A stretch of 64,000 nucleotides of DNA. Origin: Octopus sinensis. Taxonomy: Eukaryota. The translations under genes were made by a program, and so were the position numbers. Below, in pieces: positions 1 to 12,398 of this stretch. Under the pieces are notes generated by a model, which had not been told where the DNA came from, made no database searches, and saw nothing but the letters and a program-made list of their open reading frames with translations. Each line of letters opens with the position of its first letter. Within the stretch, counting starts at the first letter, position 1. The DNA is taken from positions 62,001-126,000 of the forward strand of contig NW_021832221.1 in the NCBI RefSeq assembly GCF_006345805.1. The letters are read 5' to 3'.

Positions 1-1420
1 ACCTCTGTTACTCGCCACCTCTATTGCTCGCCACATATTTTTCAAAAAAATAAAAATTTCTAGTAAATTTTGATAAATATTCTATTGCTCGCCATTTTCT
101 AAATCTCGCCATTAATTTTTTAAAATATTTTTTTGGTTAAACTATTTTTTATAATAAAATATTTCATCCACGCTAAATTCAATATGCGTAAGTGCGCAAG
201 ATTGTCTTTTAATGAAAAATGTCGCATTATTGCGTACATGGAGGAGAACAAAAGTCTCACGATGGACCCTTATAGCTTACATTTTTTCTTCTGTTTTGAA
301 GAACAAAATATCTCGAAGGGCTGTGAACGAGTTAAGACTTGGAAAAGAGAAAATAATGTCTACTGATCCTATTTTCTCCAATAAGAAGAGATTATCTAAT
401 CTAACTTATTCTGTTATTGACACCGAACTATTAACTTGGATGGAATATATTGAGCTTAGAGGGGAGTTTCTGGACAATAATTCAATTTTGTTGAAAGCAA
501 AGAACATTGCTAATATTTATGGAATTAAAGAGTTTAAAGCCAGCAATGGATGGCTAAGCAAGTTCAAGATACGGAACAACTTAAAATTGAGGACTTTACA
601 TGGAGAATCAGGATCTACTGCAGTTGATCAGAAACAAGAAATTGATGCATTTACTTCTTTGATCTCTGCAAAGATTCGACAATATAATGCTGAAAACATT
701 TATAACGCTGATGAAACTGGGATTTTTTACAAATCTATCCCTTCAAAAAGTGTTTGTCAGAAGGTCCGATATGGACATAAAATCCTTAAAGAACGGTTTA
801 ATTTTTATTTATTTTTTTAGATTTTCTTTGTTGCTATGCTCAAATATGACTGGGACAGACAAAAAATTTACTTATGATTGGAAAGTTCCAGAAACCTCGC
901 TGCTTTAAAAATTTTAAAGTCAAAATGTTGTCGATTACTGTCATTCACAAAAAGCATGGATGACAAAAAAAATTTTTTACAAATGGCTTTTAACATGGGA
1001 TAGGCATTTAAAAAAACGAAAAATTCTTTTAATTTAGGATCGATGCCCATCCCATAAACTTTACGCTGATTTAGAGTCAATTGAAGTTCTTTACCTACCT
1101 TCGAAGATTAGAACAATTCTACAACCAATGGATCAAGGAATCATTAGATCCTTCAAAGGACATTTTAATAAACTTAAATTTGAGTTTATGTTAGAAAAAA
1201 TTGAAAATGGAGAAAATCCACTGGAAGCTCATAAAAAATTAACCTTAAAAGACAGTCTTCTTTTTACATATTTTGCCTGGAAAAAAGTAACGACCAAAAC
1301 AATTACAAATTGTTTCGGAAATTCAAAATGGATCGAATGTGAAAATCAACTCGATAGACCAATTGTTGAAATTGATAATTATGATCAAATGGTAAATATC
1401 TTGAAACTTTTCACCGAATG
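1..1420 (+). mobile_element. pogo/Tigger-type DNA transposon, transposase pseudogene (CENP-B-type HTH + DDE_1), 5' end at or just before window start
   Basis: FKASNGWLSKFK, LHGESGS, IYNADETGIFY, LQPMDQGIIRSFK motifs over frameshifted ORFs 133-366, 212-820, 1128-1511; repeated CTCGCCA subterminal motifs in 1-112; 25-nt GT-AG intron 796-820 restores KER-FSLLLCSN. Confidence 0.9.
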
Positions 1421-1499
1421 TAATTATTGTAACTCTGACGTCAAACATAGTTACAAAATCTCCCTGCAATTTCAAGGAAATTTCATTCAATTTAGCAAA

Positions 1500-2030
1500 A
1501 ATCCAATTTAAATAATAGATATATTTTTCATTTTCGGAAATCGATCTTGCTAATTCATCTTCATTTTCCGATTCAAGAAAGTCCAAAATAGTTGGTAAAA
1601 GGTTTACAAATCTTTGTAAAGCAGTGCCTTTGGACAACCAGCGAACCTATAGACTATAAAAAACAAAAATAAACTTCAGTATGATACAAGAGTCTTAAAT
1701 AATCTTCATTCCTATCTATACAAGATTTCCTAAAGATCCTATCAGATTTTGGACTTGTTTTAATTCGATTGATCGTTTTTATGACGAGATTCAGAACTTG
1801 ATTTAAAAAAGCGGAAATTTTTTTCGAAACAAGATGATGCCGGTGTAATACGCAATGAATATGAATTAAATTCGGACATTTTTGTTTCAAAAAAGACGCA
1901 AATCCTTTGTACTTCCCAACCATGGCCATTGCACCGTCCGTAGCACATGCAATTAAATTGGAAAATGGAATTTGTTTTTCTTCAAAATACGTTTTCAATA
2001 CATTAAAAATTGACTCTCCGGTAGATTCTG
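1500..2030 (-). mobile_element. hAT (Buster/ZBED5-like) transposase fragment
   Basis: ACATDGAMAMVG, HCVLHRHHL; HTE-VRWLSKG rejoined by 28-nt intron 1647-1674. Confidence 0.9.
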
Positions 2031-2069
2031 TTATGTAAACTGTACATGATAAATAAATAATAACTTATA

Positions 2070-2983
2070 GAAATGAAACTGACTTCAAATAAAATAGCAC
2101 AAATGATTTCATTAAAAAATGCCGGTTCCAAGCAAAAACATATTGCATCTATTCTGCACGTTTGCCAATCAACAATTTCGAAACAAATAAAAAAATGTCC
2201 TTAAGCAATACAAAGGTACCCAGAAAAGGCAGTGGTGGTCATAATATTTATTCTGAAGAAATTTCAAACATGATTTGTTATGAAATTGAACAAAACTCCA
2301 AATTGTCACTTAGGAAAATTTCTATTAAATTGAAAAATGAGAGAAACTTATCAATTAGTCATATGACAATTAATAGAATGTTGAACAAGAAAAAAATATA
2401 TGCCCACAAAGCAATAAAAAAACCATTGCTAACACCACGAATAATTAAATTACGTTATGAAGCAGCATGCAAATGGATTCAATATGATGAAAAGAAACTT
2501 AAAAGCATTTTTTTGATATAAATTTAGTTGATATTAAGAATAATTAAATCAGCTAATTAAGTGTCGTGGCTGCACCTCGGATTGCAAACGAGTTACCTCG
2601 CAAGATTGCGATCGATATCCTCTGGTACAGCCAGCCGATTTGGCGGTGGTCCTTCGTGCACTTGTGGATGCACTTCCCAATTTCGTTCAGGAGCGACACT
2701 CCGGCCGCCCCTATCACTCCACTTGTCTCCACAGCAATCGGGACAAAGTGGTAATTTGGTGGGAGAGAGGCGTATTTCTTCCGCTTCGTCTCCTCAGCCC
2801 GACGGGAAGCGAAGCGTTATTTTTTCAGATGAATGTAAATTCACCAATGGAAAGCCTTTTGTTTGGCGAAAACGCAATAAAAAGTTAGAACCCCAAAATA
2901 TTTTACCTACTGTAAAACATAGTGGTGGCAGTTTGATGGTTTGGGCTTGTTTCTCATATTATGGCGTCGGCAAATTAGTTTGA
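2070..2983 (+). mobile_element. Tc1-like transposase remnant interrupted by a CRE retroposon fragment
   Basis: N-terminal HTH region 2070-2500, then VIFSDECK and VKHSGGSLMVWACFS; insertion about 2507-2810 splits KLKS-VIFSDE. Confidence 0.85.
2507..2810 (-). mobile_element. CRE-clade non-LTR retrotransposon 3' fragment (REL endonuclease C-terminus, A-rich tail)
   Basis: Minus strand reads EETKRKKYASLPPNYHFVPIAVETSG...WLYQRISIAILRGNS, stop, then A-rich tail; possible AAGC target duplication. Confidence 0.85.
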
Positions 2984-3329
2984 AATTTGAAACGTTTGGA
3001 ATGGATTTGATGAAGAAATATGCAAAAAATTATCGTTAAGTTTTAGAAAAAGAACATTGGACGTTTGTCGTGCCAAGGGAAAATATATTAACTATTAATT
3101 CAATGGCTTTTATTGTTGGGTTTTGATATATTACTTTTTGCTGTTACAAAATTTCAAGTAATTAACTAAAATTAGGCATTTTTAAAGATTTTTAAAATTT
3201 ATAAAAACGTAATTACATAATAATTAATGTCATTAGAGTGATTTAAATATTTAAAATGAATATTATTTAATTTTAAATGGTGTTTTAAGAATATTCCTTT
3301 TTGCTGTTACTAAGTGTACGATAAAGAGA

Positions 3330-3900
3330 AAAGTAGAAGGCTCAGGACGCTTAAAAATCGTTTTTGCTTCAAAGTTCCTGAAAAAACGTATGTAAGAGTT
3401 GGAAATCAAAAACTGCGTTTTTTACCCTAGAAGAAAGTGAGCTAAAGTTAAAAATTATTGAGGCATCCATTTTAAAACAATTGAAGATCGAGCATATGAA
3501 TACTCATTTTGGTAGAGACAGAAATATATTCAGTAACAAGAAATTTGTAGTGTGATATCAAAATGTGTCTATTGCCAAGTAACGTTGTTAATCATTGTTA
3601 GTCGAAAATTTTTATGGCAACAAAACCAACTATCACCTCCATAATTGCAAAAGGACCTAGAAATCGGTATATTCCAGATTTAGTGGATCTAAGAGATATT
3701 CAAACTTTAACAGCAATTATGGATGGGTCTTTTTTGGCAGGTGGAGAGGTTTCTTATATTAAATTTATTTGTAGGTTTAATCAATCAATTAAAAGATGGA
3801 TTAGCTCTACGCACAAAAAAAGATACAGTTGACAAAATTATTAACGTATTAAAGTTTATTTTTTAACTTTTAGAAACGAAAAGATTTTTATAATGATTGA
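3330..3900 (+). mobile_element. Ginger/KRABA2-like integrase-type transposase remnant (internally deleted)
   Basis: EHMNTHFGRDR zinc-binding region, KPTITSIIAKGPRNRYIPDLVDL, and VER-FNQSIKRW rejoined by 26-nt intron 3749-3774. Confidence 0.7.
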
Positions 3901-4021
3901 TGAAACAGATATCCGAAGGAAAAGTTTTGTAGTGATTCTAATTGACCCATCAATTAAAAAGAATATTGATTAATTAACGTATTTTTATTAATTTTAGTGG
4001 TTATCCATTACAAATTAATTA

Positions 4022-4580
4022 AAATTTTTTTTTTTTTTTATTTAAAAAACAGGTAAAATGGGGAATAAGTTATACACGAATTAATAGAGAGCCTGGAGGT
4101 CAGCTCAAAGTCGCCGCACTGCGTATCGAGTGGCAGTTTCCGCGGAGCACCGCGACCGAGATTCGCTGGAAGAGCCAGCTCGTCTCCCTCCGGTCGTTGG
4201 TCTTCTTGGCGATTCTCCTGGCAATGTCGGCAAGAAGGCGAGTCGCAGACCTGCCGACAATTCCAGATGTTTCGAAGGCGAGGGGGACAAACTCGTAAGA
4301 GTCCGAAATATTTCCATACTTCGACCTCTTAGCCTCCTCAGCCTGAGCACTGGCGGAACCCGGGTTAGTGATGGACTTGAGTAACACCGACGCGGAGAAC
4401 GAGTCAACACAAGTTGCGTCCCAAATCAGGGACTTGCCTTCCCTGAAAGGGAAGGTAGTGATCCCGTCAGGACGCTTTCCATCACTCCGGCAGAGACCGA
4501 CTGGCTCTAGAGTGGAGGGGAAACCTGCCGACTCTAGAGCCCTTTTCACGACGTCATTGAGGTGAGTGTGGCGAGGAATT
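4022..4580 (-). mobile_element. CRE-clade retrotransposon, 5'-truncated (REL domain plus poly-A tail)
   Basis: RHTHLNDVVKRALE...DGKRPDG...WDATCVD...KRSKY...FVPLAFETSG...FQRISVAVLRGN (ORF 4100-4549); poly-T run 4025-4043 on plus strand is the tail. Confidence 0.9.
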
Positions 4581-4635
4581 AAAAAATTACTTTTATTTAA
4601 AAAAACTACTAAGTTAAATTAACAATATCAGCGTA

Positions 4636-4925
4636 ATTCTAAAAGCCAACCCTAACACTAACCAAACCCTAACACTAAACATAATTAAGTTAATTCTAAA
4701 AGCCAACCCTAACCAAACCCTAACACTAAACATAATTAAGTTAATTCTAAAAGTCAACCCTAACCATAACCAAACACTAACACTAAACATAATTAAGTTA
4801 ATTCTAAAAGCCAACCCTAACACTAACCAAACCCTAACACTAAACATAATTAAGTTAATTCTAAAAGTCAACCCTAACCCTAACCAAACCCTAACGCTTG
4901 ACGTAACCAACCCTAACCCTAATTG
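4636..4925. repeat. Tandem minisatellite (about 5 units of 51-57 bp) containing telomere-like CCCTAA hexamers
   Basis: Unit AATTCTAAAAGCCAACCCTAACACTAACCAAACCCTAACACTAAACATAATTAAGTT repeated with CCCTAA/CACTAA/CCATAA variants. Confidence 0.95.
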
Positions 4926-5189
4926 TAACCGATCCAATTAATTTCAAACTTTTACCCCCTATTAAGCCCTAACTTTACCAAGCTTTATTTTTAAAAATCA
5001 ACCAGATTTTGAACTTTATATTCGTAACAAAAAATTTCTAAAATAAAGTCAACTAAGCTTTTTCAATCTTGAAATATGTACGTCAGTTACAATGTTCCCT
5101 TTATCGTCTTCTAGAACATACAAATCTCCATTAACGGTTCTGACATAATAAAGTGTAGTAATAAAGTGAAATATAATGTTTATAATAAA

Positions 5190-5700
5190 CGTAATCCATT
5201 TAGTTTGACGTTAATCCCATTTAGTTTTCTGCTAATCCCACTTAGTTTTCTGCTAATCCCTCTTAGTTTGGTGTTAATCCCATTTAGTATGGGAAATGGT
5301 ATAGTCCATCATATAAAGGCAGCTTTGGTCGATTTGCGTCCGAATCAGTTCTTAAAATCACCCGATCTCCCTCAATTATCGCATCTTCGTCGTATTTCCA
5401 CTTTCGTCTCTTTGTCATTTTTTCCGCTGCCACAAGAATGTTGTATCTGTCACGAGGTCTCTTAGCGATTATAGGAGTTATTTGAGGCTTTGTAGCCATC
5501 CATTTCTTTGACTGACAAATATAGATCAAAAAAATACCTGACAAAATGAACATTTTGACACAATCTGAGCAACTTCGGATCGGGTAGCATCGTAATAACG
5601 ATTACGAAGTTTGTCGAATAGTCTGTATCTTTTTTTCTTGTCGACATCTTTAAAAGATGTTGAATGACAAGACAAGTTTTATTTCCCAACAAACCCATAA
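5190..5700 (-). mobile_element. Second Ginger/KRABA2-like remnant with a 21-bp minisatellite at its 3' end (5192-5288)
   Basis: CQSKKWMATKPQITPIIAKRPRDRY matches the 3614 copy; GDRVILRTDSD C-terminal motif; TAATCCCAyTTAGTTTTCTGC-like unit x4-5. Confidence 0.6.
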
Positions 5701-5899
5701 ATTAATGTTAGGGAGAAAGCCAAGAGCAGAACAAGGGTTTGATTTCATTATATGGGGTCATTTTATGAGACACCACATGTCTCTTCTTCGCATATACTCA
5801 AAAGAAAAAATTACATCATGCTTTCCATAAGTGACGTAACAAATCTTCTATCTTTCTGATTTTAACGTTATAAGCATCCTCGATTTTTGAGTTTAAGTC

Positions 5900-8630
5900 C
5901 AATCCAAATGCCAATTTAATAGCAAATCTTCTGGTCTTTTCCAACTTTTTCACAAAAATGCTACTTTCTTCGGACCTTGATAGCCATATATCAGGAATGG
6001 CTCAATACATGTAGAATACACAAAGAGGAAAGTTTCAGGCTCCAAATGAAATCGAGTTAAAGATTTCAACATTCCTGTAGCTTTCTCTCTTCGAGTTTTG
6101 ATATGATCCTTAAAAGATCCTCTTCGGTCTATCGATACTCCGAGATACTCCAATTTTCCAGAGTTTTTTATATCTCCTGTATTTACATATTCATCAATAT
6201 TTTTTCTTTTACTTGCAATCCATGTGACTGTTGATTTTTTTCTTGACAGAGTCAACCCATTGTTTTGGCACCACCTCCCAATATTTTTTATATGGGTTTC
6301 TACCCTTTTCCATGAAATTTGTTTACTTATGCTTGAATCAAGCACAAGAATATCATCAGCATAAATAATCATACGACTATTTATGCTCTCGGTTTTTGGT
6401 AACTCACTCATTACACAATTGAAGAGTAGCGGGCTGAGAATTGATCCCTGCAGAACCCCTCTTCGTAATTCAATTTTCTTAGAAATTAAATTTCCAACAC
6501 GTATATACGACCTCCTTCTTGAAAGAAAGTTTTCTATCGATAATAATGCGGTTCTCCCAATTCCTGCTTTTGATAAAGTCTGTAGTGCCAAACACTGTCA
6601 AAAGCCTTCGTTATATCCAAGCACGCTATTGTAAGAAATTCCTTTTATCTCCTCGAACTATCAATTGCAGATCTTAGCTCTCTGAGACAATCTCCAGTCC
6701 CTTTTTTATGTCGAAAACCCAATTGATTGTCAGACAGAAAATTATTATCCTCAACAAGCCTTGAGAGACGATTGAAAACAATTTTCTCCATAATTTTCGA
6801 AATTGAGCAGATTAAACTAATTGGCCTATAGCTATCTCTGCTTTTGACTTAGGCTTTCCTTTTTTCACGACCATACGTACAATTGTTCGTTTCCAGGTCG
6901 ACGGAACATGTCCAAAACCCCACGAGAATTGTAAAATATATTTAGTAATTCAACTAAAATCTGGTCCGCATTCTTGAAGATACTCATTGGGATAAAATCC
7001 CATCCTGGTGCTTTATTTTTGCAACCTTTTATCGCAGTATTTATTTCTTCTTCTGTTATAGGTTGGCACAAGGGACTATTCAGTTTCGACGTTTCTTTAT
7101 AGTTACTTCTTGTATTTTGCACTTTTTGTGGAATAAAAGTGGCTGGATCAGTCTCTTGAATTCTGGACAATTGTTTACGTAATATATCCGGTATTTCTAC
7201 ATTCGGAATAGTAAAACCATCATCTGATTTCAGAGAAATTTTTTCTTTTTTATTACTTGGCGAGACCATTCTTGCAAATAGTTTCCAAAATTTTGGATTC
7301 TGTCGATGTAGCTTTGAACATTCCCTTTTCCATATTTTTTCTTCATTCTTCTTTACAATATTCCATTATCTTCCTCTTTATTAACTTGATCTGGATTTTA
7401 AGTTCTTGGGAGTCAAAGAAATCCCAACATCTCCTTAACTTATTTTCTAATTTATTCTTCTCCTGACGTAGAGAACGTTCTTCTGCTCCTACTATATTCT
7501 CCTGCGGTAGAAGATTTTTTCTTTTTCCATAATTTTGCAGATAACTTAGTAATAAACATCTTAATTTGTTATCCAGGTTATCAATATCTTTCGGTTCCGA
7601 GATCCTCAAAGAATCTATACCACCAAGTTTCATTCTGATGAAAAAATTGAAGTGATTCCAATCAATTCTACTAATATCATATCCAACAAATATATGCTGT
7701 GTGTGGACCGGGCCAGTTCTCAATTCTATCGTTTGTGGAATGTGATCACTTCCTACGTCATTTTCAATATATGGAGGATTGCACATTTCACTCATCTTTT
7801 GAGGCATTATGAACAGTCCAAGTCTATCACCACTATAAGTTGCATAGTGATTTATTTCTGCCGACGTCAATATTTTCAGTTCTCCTGATTTATCCACTTT
7901 ACAAGACATTTTCCATCTTGATTTGTTGTAACACATCCGTAACCGACATGCTTCGAGTTCAAATCCCCAACCAAAATCGGATTCACGTTTTTGTTAAAGA
8001 ATTCGTCAATAACCCATGGGTATTCACGTAATTTTTTCGAATAAATACCTCCAATTGTTATCCATCCAATATTTGTTTGTATTTGAACGCTGACTAGTTC
8101 ACATACATCTTCTTCAATAATTCTAGCCCTCTTTGTCTTCAAATTAGTTCTATAATAAATAGAAGTTCCAGTTCCAGAAATAGAACCATCCTTCCATGGA
8201 ATATCAATCGATGAAAATCCATTGAGTTTAAAGGAACTTCTCTTCTTGATCTTTGTCTCATTTACTATCAAAACATCCATACACACTGTGCTGACCAATG
8301 CAGTCAGCTCTGAGGCCCGCTTTCTAAGAGAGCGGGCATTGATCAGGGTTATCCTGATTACTTCTGATTTTTTTGGTGGCTGATCCCTTTTCTTAGAGTC
8401 GCCACCAAATCCAGTAAAAGCTTCGTATCCTTTTTTGTTTTCGTTACTTCTATAATGCTTTTTTCTAATTTCTCCAAATTTTGTGGGTAATCTAGTTGAC
8501 ATTTCGTACTTATCATCTGTGCTGAGATTTTATTTTTGTCCTCTTCTGCAGGTTCTTCTGTCTGCGTAATAGCATCTTCTGTTCTATTTCTTGCAAAAAA
8601 AGCTTCACTAAAACCATGCGGCAATTTGAA
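5900..8630 (-). mobile_element. APE-endonuclease/RT non-LTR retrotransposon (L2/Jockey/I-like), frameshifted
   Basis: LINARSL, VNETK, GDLNSKH, SDHIP, KAPGWDFIP, RPISLL, GVLQGSILSPLLF, YADDIL across ORFs 7876-8502, 7343-7936, 6865-7269, 5950-6591. Confidence 0.9.
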
Positions 8631-8721
8631 ATAATTATTTTTTTATTAGCTATTAACTTAAAATAATTCGATTGTCATCTATTTCATAAAAATTACATTT
8701 TTATTTTAACAAAAAGTTGTA

Positions 8722-9310
8722 GGTACACTCAACGGCGTGGACATTTTGAAATTGGTCTATTCAACGGCGTGGTCCATTCAGCTGACGGTGACATATAATG
8801 ATATCGATCACTTAATTACGTTGAGACAAATTAAGGATAAAATTGAACATGATCATCGTATCAGAATATCAACATCAAGTATATTAAATACGTTACGATC
8901 TGGCGGTCTTATTACTAAAACACCAGTTAAAAAACCACTTTTAAGACGGGTAAACATTGAAAAAAGAAAATCATTTTCGGATAAATGTTTGGGTATGTCA
9001 AACGAGGAACTCGACACAGTAATTTTTTCCGATGAGTCCAAATTTAACTTATATCAGAGTGACGGACATCGAAATACGCGAAAAAATATTAAAACTCATG
9101 ATTGGCCTCCTCAAAGCCCTGACTTGAATCCAATAGAGCATATATGGGCTTATATAAACGAGGGTTGGGACTACTGAGCAGATCCCAAACAAAGGCCGAA
9201 ATAATAAGCATCTGGAATAATCTTCCAGAGGAGTTTGTAAAAAATTACATAAGAAGCTTCCATAACCGTGTACGAAAAGTATATAATGCAAATGGAAGAC
9301 ATATTAACTT
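8722..9310 (+). mobile_element. Tc1-like transposase remnant (internally deleted)
   Basis: KKPLL, VIFSDESKFNL, WPPQSPDLNPIEHIW. Confidence 0.85.
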
Positions 9311-9354
9311 TCTGTGGTCACTTTTTTTGGAAACTGTTTTTTTTAAATCATTGT

Positions 9355-9554
9355 TCTCACCGTCATATCTTAGCCCCGATCGCAGTGGAGACGTCGGGAG
9401 TCCTCCCAGAACTAAAATATTCCTTATTTAACTGGGGACCTGAAAGCAGAAGGAGAAATGATAATCGGGAATGGACATGGCTTTTCCAACGCACATCAAT
9501 AGCCATCTTTCGTGGGAATTACCATTTCATCTTATCCTCTGCTACTAATTAAAT
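9355..9554 (+). mobile_element. CRE 3' fragment whose A-rich tail received the hAT insertion
   Basis: APIAVETSG...WLFQRTSIAIFRGN. Confidence 0.8.
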
Positions 9555-11437
9555 CAGGGGTGTCAAACTCATTTCGCTTTGAGGGCCGCATTTTGTAACA
9601 ATTTCGCTTCGAGGGCCGCATTTATAATAATTTCTGATTAAGGGAAGATAAATTCTGATATTTATGAATAACCAAAATAAGAGAAACTAAATTATTCAAT
9701 TATCGCCCTTTAATTTTGGTGAGAGTTGCTTCCAGAGGATTGACAACTTTTTAAAATTTTTAAACTTTCCAGGAAGATATGAAAAGAAAGCAGGTATTCC
9801 AACCTCCAAATATTTAGCTTTAAGTATAGAATCTGATTGGATTTCCAATAGTTCCATTTGTAAACTTTCATCTGCATTGGAAACATTAAAAGAGAATGGT
9901 GATGCGAATAATGAAAATTGTTGTTCAAAAGACGAAAAATCATTAAATCTTTCTTGAAATTCCTTTAACAACGATTCTAGTTGTCTTTCATAGTGAAAAA
10001 AATTCATTACATTATTGCATCAACAGTACTCCTAAGCTCTTTGCACGTAGGAAAATGAGATAAATCTTCATTTAATAGCTGAAACTTGCATAATTTTATT
10101 TTCGAAATAAAACACTAGATATGATCTGACAACTGATTTATGAGCTTGTCTTTACCCTGCAATTCTAAATTAAGGTCGTTCATATGTGTGATAATATCCA
10201 CTGCAAATGCCAAATCTTTGATCCAAGATTGACTTTTCATTTCGTCTGTGTTTTGCCCTTTCATTTCCATAAATAAAATTATTTCCGATCTCAACAAATA
10301 AAATCTTTTGACTTTGTGAAATGATAACCAGCGGACTGGAGTATAAAAAGGAATGTCGCTGAACTGATTATTAATATCTGTCAGCAGTTTACTAAACTGC
10401 CGGTGGTTGAGGGGATGACCTCTGATATAGTTTACTGTTTTTGTGACCAAACTAATGGTATTTTCAATTTTTAATCTTTGAGCACAAATATTGCTGATGA
10501 ATAATATAATGAAAATGAGCAAATGATGACCCGGGATTTACCTTTTCTATTTCAGCTCGCAATTTAGCGGCAACGTCAGCATGTCGTCCAACCATATTCG
10601 GAGCACCATCAGTGCATAAACATACAAGCTTCTTCAAATCAAACCCATATTCAAAGAAAATTTGTAGTAGTTTTATAAAGATATCTTTACTTGTAGTAGT
10701 ATCGTGCATTGGTACCAGTTCGAGAATTTCTTCATAAATACTAAAATCTGAATCACACGCTCTAAAAAAGATTGCTAATTGTTCAATTCCAACGACGTCG
10801 ACTGTTTCATCGATTGCAGAATTTAATTGGTGTTTCAAATTCAATGCCATTTCATTAATGTGTTCGGCAAATCACCATCACAATATGATTTTCCATTCAC
10901 TGCAAGCATTCTGCTGATTTCATAGCTTGCAGTGACTAATGCAGTACTTCGATTATGATTTTTTGTGAAATGAGTTTGTAACGCAGATAAATTTTTTGCA
11001 ATTCATTTAGCTTTGAAACACGCATTGGACCTTCTTGGTTAATAAGCAACTTAATACCTTCGAAATAATTGTATGATAGATGATTAGATTGATAATGCCT
11101 CTTTAGGTTGTATTCTTTCGGTGTAGCGATAAACTAGTTACATATAAAACAATGTAATTTTTCATCAACCATTGTGCAAAAATAGAGAAGTTCCCATTTA
11201 TCTTGAAACACTCTCCGTTCGTCTTTCAAGGAGCGTTTCTTTTTTATTCCAGAAGAACCACGTGACATTAACAAAACACGATTTAAAAATACAATTAAAA
11301 ATTTTAATTAAATGTAAAATAATAAAAAAATAATTTTTTGCATTGTATAGCCATTAAATCAGACCGCACTTATGTTTGGCAAAGTACGCTGAGGGCCGCA
11401 CCTATGTCTTTCGAGGGCCGCATGTTTGACACCCCTG
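9555..11437 (-). mobile_element. hAT (SPIN/GTF2IRD2-like) element with intact ends and a decayed transposase
   Basis: Perfect 14-bp TIR CAGGGGTGTCAAAC; 8-bp TSD AATTAAAT (9547-9554 and 11438-11445); subterminal GAGGGCCGCA x4; ATG 11268; CTDGAPNM, VRWLS, DLAFAVDI; probable 27-nt intron 11031-11057. Confidence 0.95.
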
Positions 11438-11499
11438 AATTAAATACTCAATAAACTATTTCATTAATAAAAATAAATAGCCGATTTTTTAAAGTTTTC

Positions 11500-11800
11500 G
11501 TGGTTTTTTCAAAAAATAGATATTGACGACTTGCTGGCAAATGAACTGGGACGGAATAGTGTCAAAATACTTTAAAAACCATCTGGCGGTGCTTGGCGTG
11601 GAGGACAGGGTGAAGGCATACATCCAGACACTGGTGTTGCGGAAGACCTTGAAAGCATGCAAGCCGAGACAAGGCACGGGTTATCGATGCCTGCTGAAGA
11701 GGCATCCCCTGAATCTAGACTGCGCGTTGACATGAATCTGCCCATCCGTGCACTGAACGTGGGCCCTAAGAGGGTGAGGTTGATGGAATAAAACACCACA
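11500..11800 (+). mobile_element. R4/Dong-like retrotransposon 3' fragment
   Basis: WDGIVSKYFKNHL...RVKAYIQTLVLRKTL aligns with WDAIVSKYYKQY...VRAYIQTIIMKKTL of ORF 19456-21261. Confidence 0.75.
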
Positions 11801-11914
11801 AATAACGAAAACGGAATAACTATTAATTATAATTCTTTCATATTGGATGCATTAAATAAGTAAAAAAAATTATCCGTCCCGCAGACCAATAACTTTTTAT
11901 ATAGGGTTTTCGGA

Positions 11915-12020
11915 TCAATATAATAATTTTTCGAACCAATATAATAACTTTTCGAATCATATAATAATTTTTCGAACCAATATAATAATTTTTTGAATCA
12001 ATATAATAATTTTCAAATTA
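11915..12020. repeat. AT-rich 20-22 bp minisatellite, about 5 copies
   Basis: ATATAATAATTTTTCGAACCA-like unit repeated. Confidence 0.9.
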
Positions 12021-12398
12021 AATAAAATTTAAATTTTATTGACCTGAATTTACTGTTAATGGATTCACATAATCAAAATGCTTCTGAATATATTAATCGA
12101 ACCAGCGATGGTTCGCCGACAAATATTATCTATATGCAACAGATTTCACAAATTTGGAAGCTTTGCGGTGGTCTTCTGTTTGTATATATTAGAAAATCAT
12201 TTTCGGTTTACTGCATTAAATAGTTAAGGATTGAGGAATTGATATCCTGCAGCATTTTTAACAAATTGATAAACTAGTCGAAGAACACGCTATTAAAAAT
12301 TGTTTCCTAAAATGGTAAGAAAAAATAACTTCCTGATTTTTAAGTTGACGAAATAAACATTTAGTATAAATATTAAGTCAACTCTAGTTTTTGCTTGA

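Noticed and set aside
4614-4937. 107-aa hydrophobic ORF
   Set aside because: It is a translation artefact of the CCCTAA-containing satellite.
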